From contig JBHGNT010000001.1 in NCBI GenBank assembly GCA_043228905.1, positions 20,584,001-20,648,000 of the forward strand: a DNA stretch of 64,000 nucleotides, read 5' to 3'. Made by a program: the position numbers and the translations under genes. Numbering within the stretch: the stretch's first letter is position 1; each line of letters starts with the position of its first letter. Positions 45,547-59,000 of this stretch are shown here, in pieces. This stretch comes from Azolla caroliniana. Lineage: Eukaryota; Plantae; Polypodiophyta. The notes beneath the pieces were generated by a model that ran no database searches, had not been told where the DNA came from, and was given only the letters and a program-made list of their open reading frames with translations.

Positions 45547-48500
45547 GTCGCAATAGCAGCTCCTCTATACTCGGCTTCAGTGTTCACCAGCGCAACTGTC
45601 GACTGCTTCTTGCTACTCCACACGATCGCGGCACTCCCAAGAGAGAACGCGAAACCGGACGTGTATCGGTGATCGACAACGTTGCCGGCCCAGTCGGCAT
45701 CGGTGCAGCCAACCAACCGTGGGGTTGTACCGGACCGATACAGTAGCCCCCGGTCCTTTGTGCCGCTTACGTACCGCAGTACGCGTTGCGCACACTGAAG
45801 GTGCTCCTCGGTAGGTCTCGCCATGAATTGACTAATCACCCAGACCGGGTAGCTGAGATCTGGTTGGGTGATGGTCAAGTATATAAGGCTTCCGACTATT
45901 TGTCGGAACCTCGTCGGGTCGCATACCTTTCCGGAATCGGGGCGAAGCTTGACAGTTCTATCTAGAGGAGTCGAGACGAACTTACAGTCTGCTATCCCGA
46001 ATTTGAAGAGCATACTCAGCACGTAATGTCGTTGGTTGATCAGTATGCCTTCGGGGGTGCTGATCACTTCGAGCCCAAGGAAGTAATGAAGGTCCCCCAG
46101 ATCCTTCATGTCGAATGATGCTGCAAGCTGGAGCTTGACGCGATTAATTTCACCGAGGTCAGCGTCGGTGATGACCAAGTCATCAACATAAAGTAAAATG
46201 CTAACCGGCCAGAGTCGACCTTTTCCGAATGAACAGTGAAGAGTCTGATTTCGACGTCCCAAAGCCTAACCGATGCAATTGTTGCGTGATCTTCGCGTTC
46301 CAGGCACGTAGGGCTTGCTTTAGTCCATAAAGGGACTTCTTCAATCGGCACACCGCCGAAGTGTTCGTTCCGGAGTGAAATCTGGGGGGTTGTACCATGT
46401 ACACCTGTTCCTCAAGCTCACCTTGCAGGAACGCATTCTTTACATCCATCTGATGTAAGTGCCACCCCTTTGCCACAGCTACCGCGAGCAAGACACGAAC
46501 GGTCGTCATCTTCGCAACCGGCGCAAACGTCTCATCGTAGTTGATGTCGTGTTGTTGCGCGTAACCTTTCGCAACTAACCGAGCCTTGTAGCGGTTTACC
46601 GAGCCATCAGTGTTGTACTTGACCTTGTACACCCACCTACATCCGATCGGCTTCACACCCTTCGGTGCGTCAACTAAGTCCCAGGTTTCATTCTCCGCTA
46701 ATGCACACATCTCTTCCTCCATTGCGGCACACCAATTCGCGTCCTTCGCCGCTTCTGCGTAGCTCTCCGGCTCACGCACTTCCGCTACACGCGTCATGTA
46801 TGCATAGTGATGCGCCATGTACTCGTAACCGAACTGCACAACAGGGTTCTTTATGCGGGTAGATCGGCGTAATTGCTCATTAGCCGAAGTTGAGGCCTTC
46901 TTAGTCGACGCGGTCTTCGCTCCTGAAGACCCGTCATCACTTCCCTCGGAGTTGGAGTCGGAGTTGCGTCGATCCGACTCGCCCTTGTCCATGCCGTACT
47001 CCGGCATTTTCTTCTTCCCTTTTTCCTTGCACGTAAGCCTTCTCCTCGGCTTCCTGCGCGTGGAATGCACGACCGAGTCTCCACTACTCGCCAGCTCTTC
47101 ATTGGACTGATCAAAGTGACTCAGTCGTCCATTCGGTCCGCTTAACCGAAACGAAATCGGACTCTCTTCGCGGGTCCCTATTTCAGGCTTATGTGGAGGC
47201 ATCTCGGCCTCGCTGACTTCATCGTCAAAAGTCGGATTGGAGGTGAGGTCTGGAGTTGGAGGCAAGTACCAGGATGCAGACTCGTCAAACACAACGTCGC
47301 GGCTCACGAGTGCTTGTTTGGTGCGTGGGTTATAGCACTTATAACCCTTTTGCTCGTCCAAATAGCCAACCAAGATACACTTTTTGGCTTTCGCGTCCAG
47401 CTTCGTCCATTTCTCCTTCAGCAAATGCACATACGCAATGCTACCAAAAACCCTCAAGTGTCGTAGATTCGGCTTTCTTCCGAAATACAGCTCATGCGCC
47501 GACACTTTTTCTCCGATCCGATTCTGAACGTACATGGTGGTTCGTATAGCCTCGTCCCAATAGAACTTGGGCAAGCTTTTATCCTATAGCATTGGTCGTG
47601 CCGCTTCTACAATTGACCGGTTCTTCCTCTCAGCCACACTGTTTTGCTCCAGCGTGTATCTACAACTGAATTCGCGCTGAATTCCCATCTATTGCAGATA
47701 GCCATTGAATTGACTCGAAAAGTATTCTTTTCCGCCATCCGTCCTATTTCCATTTCCATGAACCCTTTGAGGTCCCGGAAACAGTCGAAGACTTCACTCT
47801 TCTTCTCGATGAGATAGATCCACGTATGTCGCGTAAAGTCGTCGATGAAGGAGACAAAATATCGACTCCCGCCAAGACTAACGTTTTGTGCCGGCCCCCA
47901 TACATCAGAATGTATCAAGTCGAGCTTGTTCCGGCTCCGGTTACACTCGTTAGGGAAAGGAAGTCGGTGTTGCTTCCCTAGCTGGCAAGCTTCACAAATT
48001 TGTGCCTTCTGGCCACTAAATTTGGGCAATCTGAACACCACCTGTTAAAATTGCAGGTCTTGAAGCCGTTGATAGTTGACGTGGGCTATCTGCTTGTGCC
48101 ATAAGTCGATATCCGACTCGACTTTTTGTCCTTTCGCGAAGATTACGGTGCCACCGTCACTAGAGTCGAGGATAAACATCCTCCCGTCTCTACGCCCTTG
48201 CGCAATAACTTGGCCTTCTTCCTCGATGAAGCACCCTAGATGCGTGAACCGGACCTGCATCCCCTGGTCGACGATTTGTCCGACCGACACCAAGTTCTTT
48301 GTGATTGTCAGGACGTGTAACACGTTCATGAGTTTCCCTTTCTGCCTAACATGGCTCAAGGGAACTTCACCGACATTCGCGATCAGATGCAGAGTGTCGT
48401 CTCCGGTTGCGACTACTCCCGGTTGCATCGGTTTTTCTAGGTACGAGAACCACTCCTTGTGGCACGTCCTGTGGTTTGACACGCCGGAGTCGACGTACCA

Positions 48501-49489
48501 CACCTCGTCCGACTTCGGGGTGATCTTCTTCATCGATTTTGCTTCGTGTCTCGTCATGAAGACTGACCCTTTTTGGCTCCTCCGGCGTAGTGCGATCGTT
48601 GCCGATTACCCTAGTCTGTCTGTCTGGAACCTGATCCGGACCCGGTTCTCTCCGAATCGGCGCGCTTTTTCCAGCACTTGCTCTCCCTATGGCCTTTCTT
48701 GCCACAATACCAACATTCCGTGGCGGATTTCCCTTGCCGGTTCTCGTCACCTCGACTCCCCTTGTTTCCGAAGGGTCTGGAATTGCTGTCTGCATCACTT
48801 TGGTGCCTTCTTCCTTGATCCCGTCGGTTGCCTCCATTGTGCACTAACTCGCCTCATCCGACACGAGCACAGGGCCTATCTCCCTCCGTGTACAACATCT
48901 TACTGTCGGCATGCGTGCTTGTTGACGCACCGGCATGGTTCTCCTTTATAAGGAGCATCGACTGTAGGTCGAAAAATGACGGCGTATTCTCCCGTGTACA
49001 CACAATAGTTCGGAATGCTCCGAACTTCGACGCCAATCCCTCGAGACAGATCTGCACCATCTAGCCTTCCTCGACGTTCACATCGATGGAGGCTAAAGAG
49101 TCACATATATCTTTGATCTTCGAGGTGTAATCGGCCACCGACAAGTTGCGTTGTCGTAGGTTGCTAAGCTCCTGTCAGAGTTGAAGATACCTGGTTGTAG
49201 TGCTTGCGGCGAAAATCTTCTTCAGATTTCCCCAAGCATCCTTCGGCGTTTTCTCATCCCGAATGTAGCTTAGGAGCTGTTCGCCCACACAAGACACGAA
49301 GCAGTACAATACTCTGATCGCCGACTGTTCCCACGCCGGGAAATCTTTGTGTGTCGATTCAGGTGCTGTGTCATTTGCTCCGTCGACATAGCTCCAGCAA
49401 CCGTGCCCGAGCAGGTACTGGTGCATCTTTTAGGACCAAGATGCGTAGTTGTTTCTGTCGAGCTTCTCCGTCGGAAGCGAGCTAGCCAT
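45547..49489 (-). pseudogene. Copia C gag-PR-INT-RT, fragmented
   Basis: ORFs 49175-49426, 48611-48844 (CWYCGKKGH), 48045-48557, 47607-48041, 46201-47574, 45465-46262. Confidence 0.92.
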
Positions 49490-50531
49490 GCCTCTATCCA
49501 TCGGTTTTACCTGTTCTTCTTGGTTGGTTTTTCTTTTCAAGCTATGTTAGGTGCAGAGGTTCTCAACCCTCTCGTTCTAATACCATGTAAAAGAATAGCG
49601 TGCGGAAGCAAGTAGGAAACCGAACACCGAGAATATGCAGATTTAATGGAAAGCTTGAAAGTACACAATACGCGGGAGAGACAGAGAGAGAGAATACACA
49701 GAAACTCAATTAAAAAATAATACTCAATCTGTACATACATCGTGCTTAGTGAGCACCTTTTATACAAGTCCATATGTTTATGAAAACCAGACCAACAAAT
49801 ACGAAAACCAGAACTCACCAGATTGAAGAGAATGAAGGTTGGGTATGTTTATGTTGACAATGCAACACACAGTTCTTTGTTTCTATTGTTGTTACTGCTA
49901 GTGCTACTAGTATAGATCACCAATTTAAAGTTTTGCGATATAGTAGGAATCGACAATGGTTGGGTTTCGGCTTAACTGGTTTGAGAGTTTTCAAACTTGT
50001 ACCGAACCGACTCCTAATTGGTCAAGGCTTAACTAGTTAATCATAAACCGGTTTATCCAAACCAATTAAGCCTTCACCGGTTTAGCCCAAAACAATTCGG
50101 TTCGGCGTGAACCATCACAAACCAAGCTCAGACCGGTTAAGGAAGCTCAAGCCTAAGTCGAACCGAACCACTAAACCATTTACGGCTTGAGGCGAGCCTC
50201 TACCGACTTCTAGCTCAAAGTATATATAGTGTTACGAAGCTCTAATCAAGGGCTTTCCAACACACACTTATCTTTGTGCAAAATTTTCTGACAGTGGCAA
50301 AAACAAGCTTTCCTTTTCTTCTTCTTCTTTTTGTAGTGTCCCTAAACATGGCCAATCCAAAACCAACACCAACATGATTCTTTAAATCTATTTAAATCTT
50401 AGTTAGCTCTAAGAAGCTTGCAATAAAACCTTCTTATGAACATAATTAAGTATTAATGCTAATTAATTATAGTTTTGGCTTCATATCTCTTCTCCGCACC
50501 GTGTTTTGAGACCCCCCCCCCCTCCCCTCCC

Positions 50532-53500
50532 TGTAACACATACGATGTGTTGAGGGGTTCCATGATTGGAACCACAACACCCCACCTCGACGGATTGAGG
50601 TGAGGGCCTTTCTCGACGGATAGAGAAGGCGCCCATGACTCGAGGTAAGAGTCATGGCCTTCTAAGTCTTCTCGATGGATGGAGAAGACACCCATGACTC
50701 AAGGTGTGAGCATGGGGCTTATGGTACATGTACCATTCCCAAGGTAAGGTGCACATGGGGAATGTGACATCTAGTGCATTTAATACCATAGTACTCAAGT
50801 ACCTAAGTGGGGAAAGGGAATCTCCCTAGGCATTTGAATAATCTTTAAATGAAGTCAACTACCTATGTGGAAGAAGGGAATCTCCCTAATGACTTCTATT
50901 AAATACCATTATGACGGATGTAAGGTACTTATGTACTATATGGGAAAACTTATGAGAGAAAAGGAGGATCTTGTATATAAGTTGGACAGAGGGTGGTTGG
51001 GAGGAGTTCAACATATCCAAGTTCTCTCCCTTAATTATATTTTCCCTTAGTCAAAAAAACGTAGACACGCGAGTTCGAATCCAATCGGCGATCCACCCTT
51101 ATCGCGAAATTTCGGTGGATTGGCATTCTCAAGGTGGCTCTTCCGATGGCAAAGACAAAGAAAAGAGGGGTCCTCCAAATTTGAAGGCACACAATACTCG
51201 TCCCTTCAAGAAGGTGGCTTATAATTCTCAAGGAGGTGGATCTCGACCCCCCATCAATGGCCAAAATGTTGCAAAGAAGTTTCCTTCCGCGAAGACCACG
51301 AATGTGAATTCCTTCAAGCCTAAGGATGTTGCCGTGAAAAGGAAGCTTGAATGTTTCATTTGCCAAGGTGACCATTTCGCGAGAGATTGCCCTCTCAAAG
51401 GCCAACTCCACTCACTTGTTAAGGCTTTGGATGACGACGTGAACGATCGAACCATGGGGCACATCAAGCGTTTGTGTGCAGTTCGTGAGGTAAAGAGTGA
51501 GCATTCATTACTTTATGTTAGTGCTCTAATCAATGGTCGTTTGTGTCAAGCGATGGTGGATACGGGTGCGTCTCACGAATTCATGACGCGACCCTCGCCA
51601 AAGCGTGTGGGCTACGTATGGAGATGAATTCCAAGGGCACTTGGAAGACCGTCAATGGAAAGGAGGAGCAAGTGGGGCGGATTGCTCCTAATGTTGTGGT
51701 TACTATTGGAGAGGTGACCGTGCGTGTTGAATTTAGCATCGTCGAGATGGACGATTTTGATGTGGTTTTAGGTCAATCTTGGGCGAGATTGGCGCGCACA
51801 CTACCCTACCCTTTTGGTGAGCAAGTTCTATTTTTGCAAGATAAACTTCATGTTGTAAAAGCTTCCTCTTCTCGCCCTAACCCCCTCCCAAAAATTCTCT
51901 CCTCCATGCAACTCAAGAAGGTAGCCCGAAAGGGTTGCCTTATGGTAGACACTATATTTAAGGATACTAATGATCTCGGTTATGCCATGCCCGTAAGGGG
52001 TATTCATCCTAACATGATGGTTTTGTTAGATAGGTTTCAAGACGTCATGCCCAACGCTTTACCAAAGGAGTTGCCTCCAAAAAGAGAGGTTGATCATCGC
52101 ATCGAGGTGGTGCCGGGATGCACTCCTCCCGTGAAGAGTCCTTATCGCTTAAGCATTGCCGAGAATGCGGAATTAAAGCATCAACTTAACGAGCTATTAG
52201 AGGCGGGATTCATACGCCCTTCTAGATCTCCTTATGGTGCCCCGGTGCTCTTCGTCAAGAAGAAGGATGGAAGCTTGAGAATGTGCGTCGATTATCGAGC
52301 ATTGAACAAGCTCACCATCAAGAATCACTACCCTCTCCCCAACCTTCGAGAGATGTTCGACCAACTAGGGATGGCGCGGTACTTCACCAAGATGGATCTT
52401 CGTTCGGGATACTATCAAGTGAGGATCGCCGAAGGTGATGTGGAGAAAACCGCCATGCGAACACGATATGGCTCATATGAGTGGCTCGTAATGTCGATGG
52501 GCTTAACCAATGCCGTAGCAACCTTTAGTACACTCATGAATCAAGTGTTTGGGCTGGAGCTCGACAAATGCATTGTGGTCTACCTCGACGACTTGCTTGT
52601 CTTTAGCCCTACTTGGGACCAACACTTGAAGGATGTTGAGATGGCTCTCCAAAGATTAAGGGAGAACCATCTCTATGTGAAGAAATCCAAATGCGACTTT
52701 GGTGTGGAAGTAGTGTACTTCCTCGGCTTCAAAATAGCTCGTGGTGAGCTACAACCCGAAGAGGAAAAGCTTCGTGCAATCAAGGAATGGCCTACTCCGC
52801 GTTCAGTAACGGATGTCCGTTCTTTCCTTGGTTTGGCTTCCTTCTACCGTGTGTTTATTGATGGTTTTGCTCGACTCTCTACTCCTCTTTCTAACCTTAC
52901 TAAAAGTGGGAAAAAGTGGTTTTGGTGTGACAAGTGTGCTTGTGCTTTTGATGCCTTAAAAGAGGCATTGTGCACGGCGCCATGCTTGGCGCTACCCGAC
53001 TTTGACAAGCCCTTTGAGCTTCATACCGATGCATCCGATTATGCCATGGGTGGAGTGCTCATGCAAGAAGGAAGGCCGGTGGCATTTGAGAGCAAGAAGC
53101 TCATGGATCGGGAGACGCAATACCCCACCCATGAGAAGGAGATGGCGGCCATCGTCCATTGTCTTCGTACATGGAGGCATTACTTGATGGGGAGGCACTT
53201 CACCGTCCACACGGATAACATCACATCAACGTACTTTGCTTCACAACCAAAACTCACCGCAAAGCAAGCTCGGTGGCAAGACTTCCTTGCCGGTTATGAT
53301 TTTGACCTCAAGTACAAGCCCGGAAAGCAAAATGTGGTAGCCAATGCTCTTAGTCGAAGGGCCCATTTGGTGGTCATGCATGTGGTGGTTGATACTAATA
53401 TGTTGCCAACCCTCAAGAGTGCATATCATGGTGATGAATATGCACAAAAGTGTCTTCGTTCGTTTGCTAATGGTGAAAAGGTGACCCACCTATCTCTCAA

Positions 53501-55479
53501 AGATGGGGTGATCTACTTCAAGCAACAAAGACTCTATGTACCTCAAGTAGTGAGGAAAGAAGTAATGTATGAGTGTCATGACACATTGTGGGCCGGACAC
53601 CCCGGTGGGAATAAAACCATGGAAATGTTGACTCGTAGGTACTTTTGGCCACGCATGGACCAAGAAGTTCAAGCCTATGTGAGAGGATGCCAAGTGTGCC
53701 AACAAGACAAAGCCGAAAGATGCAAGCCCGCGGGATTGCTTAAACCCTTAAGCATCCCGAATCAACCATGGGAATCCCTTAGCATGGACTTCATAATAAG
53801 CTTGCCGGAGAGCCAAAACTACACGGGTATCTCCATCGTCGTGGATCGACTTATGAAGTATGCTCACTTTGTGGCCTATGAAAGCCCCGCGAATGCCGAG
53901 TATGTGGCAAAACTTTTCTTTGCCAATGTATTCAAATACCACGGTCTCCCAAGAGAGATTATTAGCGATCGTGATAGCCGCTTCACTGGTAAATTTTGGT
54001 CCACACTTTTTGCTTTGATGGGTACTAACCTCAAGTTTAGTAGTTCCTATCACCCACAAACGGATGGTCAAACGGAGAGGACTAATCAAATATTGGAGGA
54101 TTACCTTCGCCATTATGTTAGCTTGGATCAAAAGGATTGGTCCCAATACCTTGACATAGCGGAGTTCTCCTACAACCTCCATAAGCAAGATTCCACGGGA
54201 TTTAGTCCCTTTGAACCCAATTATGGGTTCCAACCTTTGTCTCCCGGAGACCTTATGGCGTTACCCTTAGCTAGCATTGTTCCAAGTGCCAACATCACAA
54301 TGAATAGGTGGTCCACTCGCCTCAACCAAACTAAGGAGGCTATGGAGAAGGCTCAAGCTCGGTACAAGAAATATGCTGACCTCAAACGTAGGCATGAAGA
54401 ATATGAAGTGGGTAACTTAGTGTTCGTCAAGTTGGATAGCGAACAATTTATTCTTCCAAAGGGTATCACTCCAAAGCTTGCTCGACGGTACGATGGTCCC
54501 TTTCCCATCATCGAGAAATTATCTCCTTTGACTTACAAAGTCAAGCTACCGGAACACATGGGTGTGCATCCGGTGTTTCACATTTCCTTGCTCACGAGGA
54601 GCTACATGGATGAAAACCATGAGGAAATGGCGGTTCGAAGGGGTCCCTCTTTGATGATTGACAAAGGTAGCGACTACGTCTTGGAGGCCAACCTTCGTCA
54701 TCGGGATCGACCAAACCAAAATGGGCCTAATAGGCTCTACTATTGCCAATGGAAAGGCAAACCCACGGAAGAGAACTCGTGGCAACAAGGCGCAACCCTG
54801 TGGCAATTTGAAGATGTGGTTAATGCATACAACTCCCATCACCCTTTTAAAATGAAGAGGGGACGCCTTCTTCAAAGGGGGGAATTGTAACACATCCGTT
54901 GTGTTGAGGGGTTCCATGATTGGAACCACAACACCCCACCTCGACGGATTGAGGTGAGGGCCTTTCTCGACGGATAGAGAAGGCGCCCATGACTCGAGGT
55001 AAGAGTCATGGCCTTCTAAGTCTTCTCGATGGATGGAGAAGACACCCATGACTCAAGGTGTGAGCATGGGGCTTATGGTACATGTACCATTCCCAAGGTA
55101 AGGTGCACATGGGGAATGTGACATCTAGTGCATTTAATACCATAGTACTCAAGTACCTAAGTGGGGAAAGGGAATCTCCCTAAGCATTTGAATAATCTTT
55201 AAATGAAGTCAACTACCTATGTGGAAGAAGGGAATCTCCCTAATGACTTCTATTAAATACCATTATGACGGATGTAAGGTACTTATGTACTATATGGGAA
55301 AACTTATGAGAGAAAAGGAGGATCTTATATATAAGTTGGACAGAGGGTGGTTGGGCGGAGTTCAACATATCCAGGTTCTCTCCCTTAATTATATTTTCCC
55401 TTAGTCAAAAAAACGTAGACACGCGAGTTCGAATCCAATCGGCGATCCACCCTTATCGCGAAATTTCGGTGGTGTTACA
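50532..55479 (+). mobile_element. Galadriel-like chromovirus, TSD CTCCC; 5' LTR end, PBS and most of gag deleted
   Basis: LTRs 50532-51118 (missing final TGTTACA) and 54886-55479; PPT AAAGGGGGGAAT; CTCCC on both flanks. Confidence 0.92.
51119..54890 (+). pseudogene. Gag end (CFICQGDHFARDC), protease (VDTGAS, frameshifted ~51590), RT, RH, INT, chromodomain
   Basis: DLRSGYYQ, YLDD, HTDASD, SMDFI, SDRD, RYDGPF, YYCQWKGKPTEENSW. Confidence 0.92.
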
Positions 55480-55708
55480 CTCCCCTCCCCCAATCCATGT
55501 TGTAGTAGGTTCATCGCACTATTTCTCCCTCTCTTCTTCCGGTACAACGGTACTCTCTCTCTCTCTCTCTCTCTCTCTCACAACACACACACACACATTC
55601 ATCTTCTGCCTCTTTTTGACTGTTTTATTTATATTAGAGCTTCTGCGTCCTCTTCACGAATGAAACATCTTTTTGCGTTGGGCAGCAGTAGAAGAAGAAG
55701 AAGAAGAC

Positions 55709-55762
55709 ATGCAATACCAATCTCGTAGAAACCTTGCGCTCAAGAAAGTCTCCCTATCACAG
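55709..55762 (+). CDS. Host gene exon 1 (MQYQSRRNLALKKVSLSQ)
   Basis: ATG after a CT/CA-microsatellite 5' UTR; CAG|GTAC donor, phase 0. Confidence 0.6.
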
Positions 55763-56117
55763 GTACATTTATTTCTACTTCTGTTTCATCATCATCATCA
55801 TCATCTTCTTCTTCTGTTCAATCCTCTTTTGTGTAAACCGCTTGATCTTCGTCTTCTTTTACAATCTCTACTACTACTAGCTACTACTAGCTACCACTTC
55901 TTCTTTTCTATGATGGAAAATAAAGTTATTATTCCTTCTTTCCTTTTTGAAAGCACTTTGATTGATTCTCTTTTTGTCTCTCTCCCGTCTTGTACTCGGG
56001 TATTTTTAGGCAGGAAATACAAACTTTGATGATGATGATGATATCAAGATATTTCTTTCCTTCCAAACTCGAAATTCTGTTTTTCAATTTTTTTTTCTAT
56101 CTTCTTGGTTACGTTAG

Positions 56118-56408
56118 GAACGGGAGGAAGCATTGCAGATCAACAGAGCTATAGAGGAGTCACTTCGGGAAGCAAGTAATAATGAAGAGGCTTTGTTTGA
56201 AGCAGAAAATCCTAAAAGTGGATCAAGAAACCCTAGAAAAGAAGAAGTTATCGATTCAGAAGATGACGTGCCATTCAAAACAGATGGAGTTTCCACGGAT
56301 TGTTTTCATACTAATCCTGGTCAACATCCATATAAAATAGTTCTACCAGAAGAAGAAGAAGAAGAAGAAGAAGTACCACGTCAGAAAAAACGAGTTTATA
56401 ATATTGAG
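56118..56408 (+). CDS. Host gene exon 2 with UIM-like motif EEALQINRAIEESLREA
   Basis: TTAG| acceptor after a pyrimidine tract; GAG|GTAAAT donor; 291 nt, phase 0. Confidence 0.7.
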
Positions 56409-56552
56409 GTAAATGATGGCCTGGTTATATTCATTTTATTCTAATTAACTTAATTCCTGTTCTAGACTTTACCTCTTCGTGAATGTAACTGATTAGAGAT
56501 TATGGAATGCCAAAAATACCACAACTTTGAAGGATTCCTTTGTAGCCCACAC

Positions 56553-56888
56553 ACAGAGATATACATTTACATATTCTACGCCGGATATTCCCTTCTTTTA
56601 TAATTTCATTGCATTATTATTTTTCATTTCAAATATTCCGGTGGTGCTTTTGTGATTGATGGGCATCCTAAACCCTCAAATAATTCTGTCACGGAACTAA
56701 CAAGGACTCGAAAGTGCCAGAAGTTTCGTAGTTTTTGAATGTGAGCATTAGACACATTTTCATACATTAACATATTCTACTCTGGATATTCCATTCTTTA
56801 TAATTTCATTGAATTATTACTTTTCCTTTCAAATATTCCGGCGGCGTTTTTGTGATTGATGGGCATTCAAAACCTTCAAATAATTCAA
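56553..56888. repeat. ~135-bp intronic direct duplication (~56553-56687 vs ~56752-56888)
   Basis: CATATTCTAC..GGATATTCC..TTCAAATATTCCGG..GATTGATGGGCAT occurs twice. Confidence 0.8.
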
Positions 56889-57367
56889 GTGTTACAAGAA
56901 ACAATGGTTTTTGTGGGTTCGAGGTTTTGTTTCAATAAATACAAAGTTTTATAGTACAAATTAAAATCCTATCTATATCTATGTCTATATCAATATTCAT
57001 ATTGGTTAAACCATAAGTTTTGTCTCTGTAATCAGTAATGAATTAGTTTGCACTGCAAGTGTTTTATTTGATTGTCAACAATTTGTTTGAGAGATTCACA
57101 TAATTTAAAAGTTAGTATTCTAGCAAGAGTGTACTCAACTTAGAGATAATTGTTACTTTTTATTAAATCCCATCTCTTTGCAAAGAAAAAAGCAATCGTT
57201 TGGTTCACTTGGCATTGGAATTTACGGGCAATCACTAAGCAAGCCAATAACAGATTGAAAGAATTCTTTGGTTTTGATTTGAAAATCCAATGGTCATTAA
57301 CCAAGCCAAAAGATTGTGCAATTTTACTAAATGGTTTATATTGTGCATTTACGTTCATTTGTGTAAG

Positions 57368-57577
57368 CAAGAGATCAAGACAACCAATGAGGATCTGGAA
57401 TGTTCATGTGAAGAAGAAGATGAGGATGGCGATAATGTGGATGATACTACAGAAAATGAAAGTTCTGATATTTCTGAGAACTTGAGAGCAAAGAGGAAAA
57501 GAGTATCTATAACTAAGAAGTGCAGAGACAGGGTGGTTGTGAAAGAAATCAAGCGAGTTCTAGTGCCTCAAGTGAAG
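57368..57577 (+). CDS. Host gene exon 3 (acidic, KRKR NLS-like)
   Basis: AAG| acceptor, AAG|GT donor, 210 nt in frame. Confidence 0.6.
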
Positions 57578-57685
57578 GTCCTTATTTATTTTCTCAGTTA
57601 ACGTGATCTTTGATTGTCATGGTCATTGAAATCTAGTAATGTTTGTGATTTAATTTTTATCATCTGCATATCTGGAAATCCTTAG

Positions 57686-57799
57686 AAAGCTCACAATGTA
57701 AGAACGACTTCAAGAGGAAGCCCAGTGTCATCTGATCCAGGTAATATTATCAAATCAGTCATGCAAGTGACAACGTCAGAAAAGACCCAGAAAGAGAAA
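57686..57799 (+). CDS. Host gene exon 4
   Basis: TTAG| acceptor, AAA|GTAAGT donor, 114 nt in frame. Confidence 0.6.
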
Positions 57800-58533
57800 G
57801 TAAGTCTTTTATCATCTCTCTAATGAGTTTCGAGTGTAGATTAGTAAATAGAATTGAAGAAGTAAATAGTGACTGAATCCTTAAATTTGTTGAAAGTAAG
57901 GTTAATCCTGTAAAGTTTTCCAATATTTAGCTATCTGAATGCTATCTGTATTTCTTTAATTTGTTGCAAATAGCCAATTTTTTTCTCAAAATCCTTGAAA
58001 AACTGCAGATTTTGCATTGTTCAGAAAATGTAAGCTGTATTTATGTAAGAGCTTGTGACTTTTGCATGGCGAATATCACAATCTCAATATTTATCTTTAT
58101 ATGGAAAAGTGAAAAATCCTTAATGACTTGAATAAAGATTATTTTTTCTCATTTGAACTCAAGATTGTGTTTCCGAGGTAAAATGTAGAAACTTTTGTTG
58201 TTAAGAGTCCTCACACGGTGAGGTTGGTGGGAGCAAATGTTGAGGTTTTTGATGCAAGTCCTTGTTGCATCAAGAAATTGATGGGCAAAAACGTGAGGGT
58301 TTTTATATAAGAGACCATGTTGCATAGTGAGACTTGTGGGGGAAAAAGTTGACGATTTTGTTGTAAAAGACTTCGTCAGAGTGGGAGATTGGTGGGAATA
58401 AATGTAGAGGATTTGATGGGGTCATATCAAAGGATTATCCTATGATGTGCTATCATTACATATTCATGGGAAAAATCCAGATTTTGATGACATAACAAAT
58501 CGAAATAATAACGTATATCCATTATGCGTTCAG

Positions 58534-59000
58534 GACAAAAACTCTAGAGAAACAAAGGAAACCGGAAAGAGTGCAGAAATATATACAACGAAATGCCAAG
58601 GTACATAAATATGTTTGTATATATGTATATGTCAACATATATATATATATAATCATTTTGAGAGGGTTCAAATCCTCATAATTAATATTTCCAGGATCTA
58701 CAAGGCCACAAAAGCAAGCAATAAGCAGGAATGGGGTGTTATTTGATAATTTCTCTTCTGAATCGTCAGGTAAGATCAACGTTGGAATGAAATCACATTG
58801 CTTGTTGTAATTCATATTAAACATAAGATCAACTCTCTTCTTATTGCAACCACCTCTCTTTCCTATATTAATATCAAGGTTCATTTTGAGTAAGGGTATT
58901 GCTCTGATATTATCCCCTTTCAACCATTTGTTTTTTTTTTGGTAATGGGCAGGTATTTTTCAACCCCAGTCTCCCACATTGATACACCACCGTGTCATTG
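58534..59000 (+). CDS. Probable further small exons 58534-58600, 58695-58769, 58953-59000 (possible 21-nt micro-exon 58009-58029)
   Basis: AG/GT boundaries with compatible phases (0-1-1) giving an open frame. Confidence 0.45.

Larger units (their letters stand above)
34091..49774 (-). mobile_element. Degenerate Copia element C (Ale-like), 3' LTR 34091-34494, truncated 5' LTR 49586-49774; split by the intact Gypsy
   Basis: PBS TGGTATTAGA; gag ATG ~49489; WYVDSG, HSDVWGP, HQMDVKNAFL, LYVDDL; PPT TTGAGGGGGAG; RNase H split at AAIAT|CEA. Confidence 0.92.

Noticed and set aside
49940-50215. Possible hAT-type MITE with AACCG/CGGTT motifs
   Set aside because: Only weak terminal complementarity and no TSD found
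51580-51630. Programmed frameshift in the Galadriel-like protease
   Set aside because: Falls right after the catalytic DTG motif with no slippery site; better explained as an indel
58180-58420. Degenerate ~50-60-bp repeats (GTGGG..TGAGG.TTTT) in an intron
   Set aside because: Too decayed to define; likely an old TE remnant
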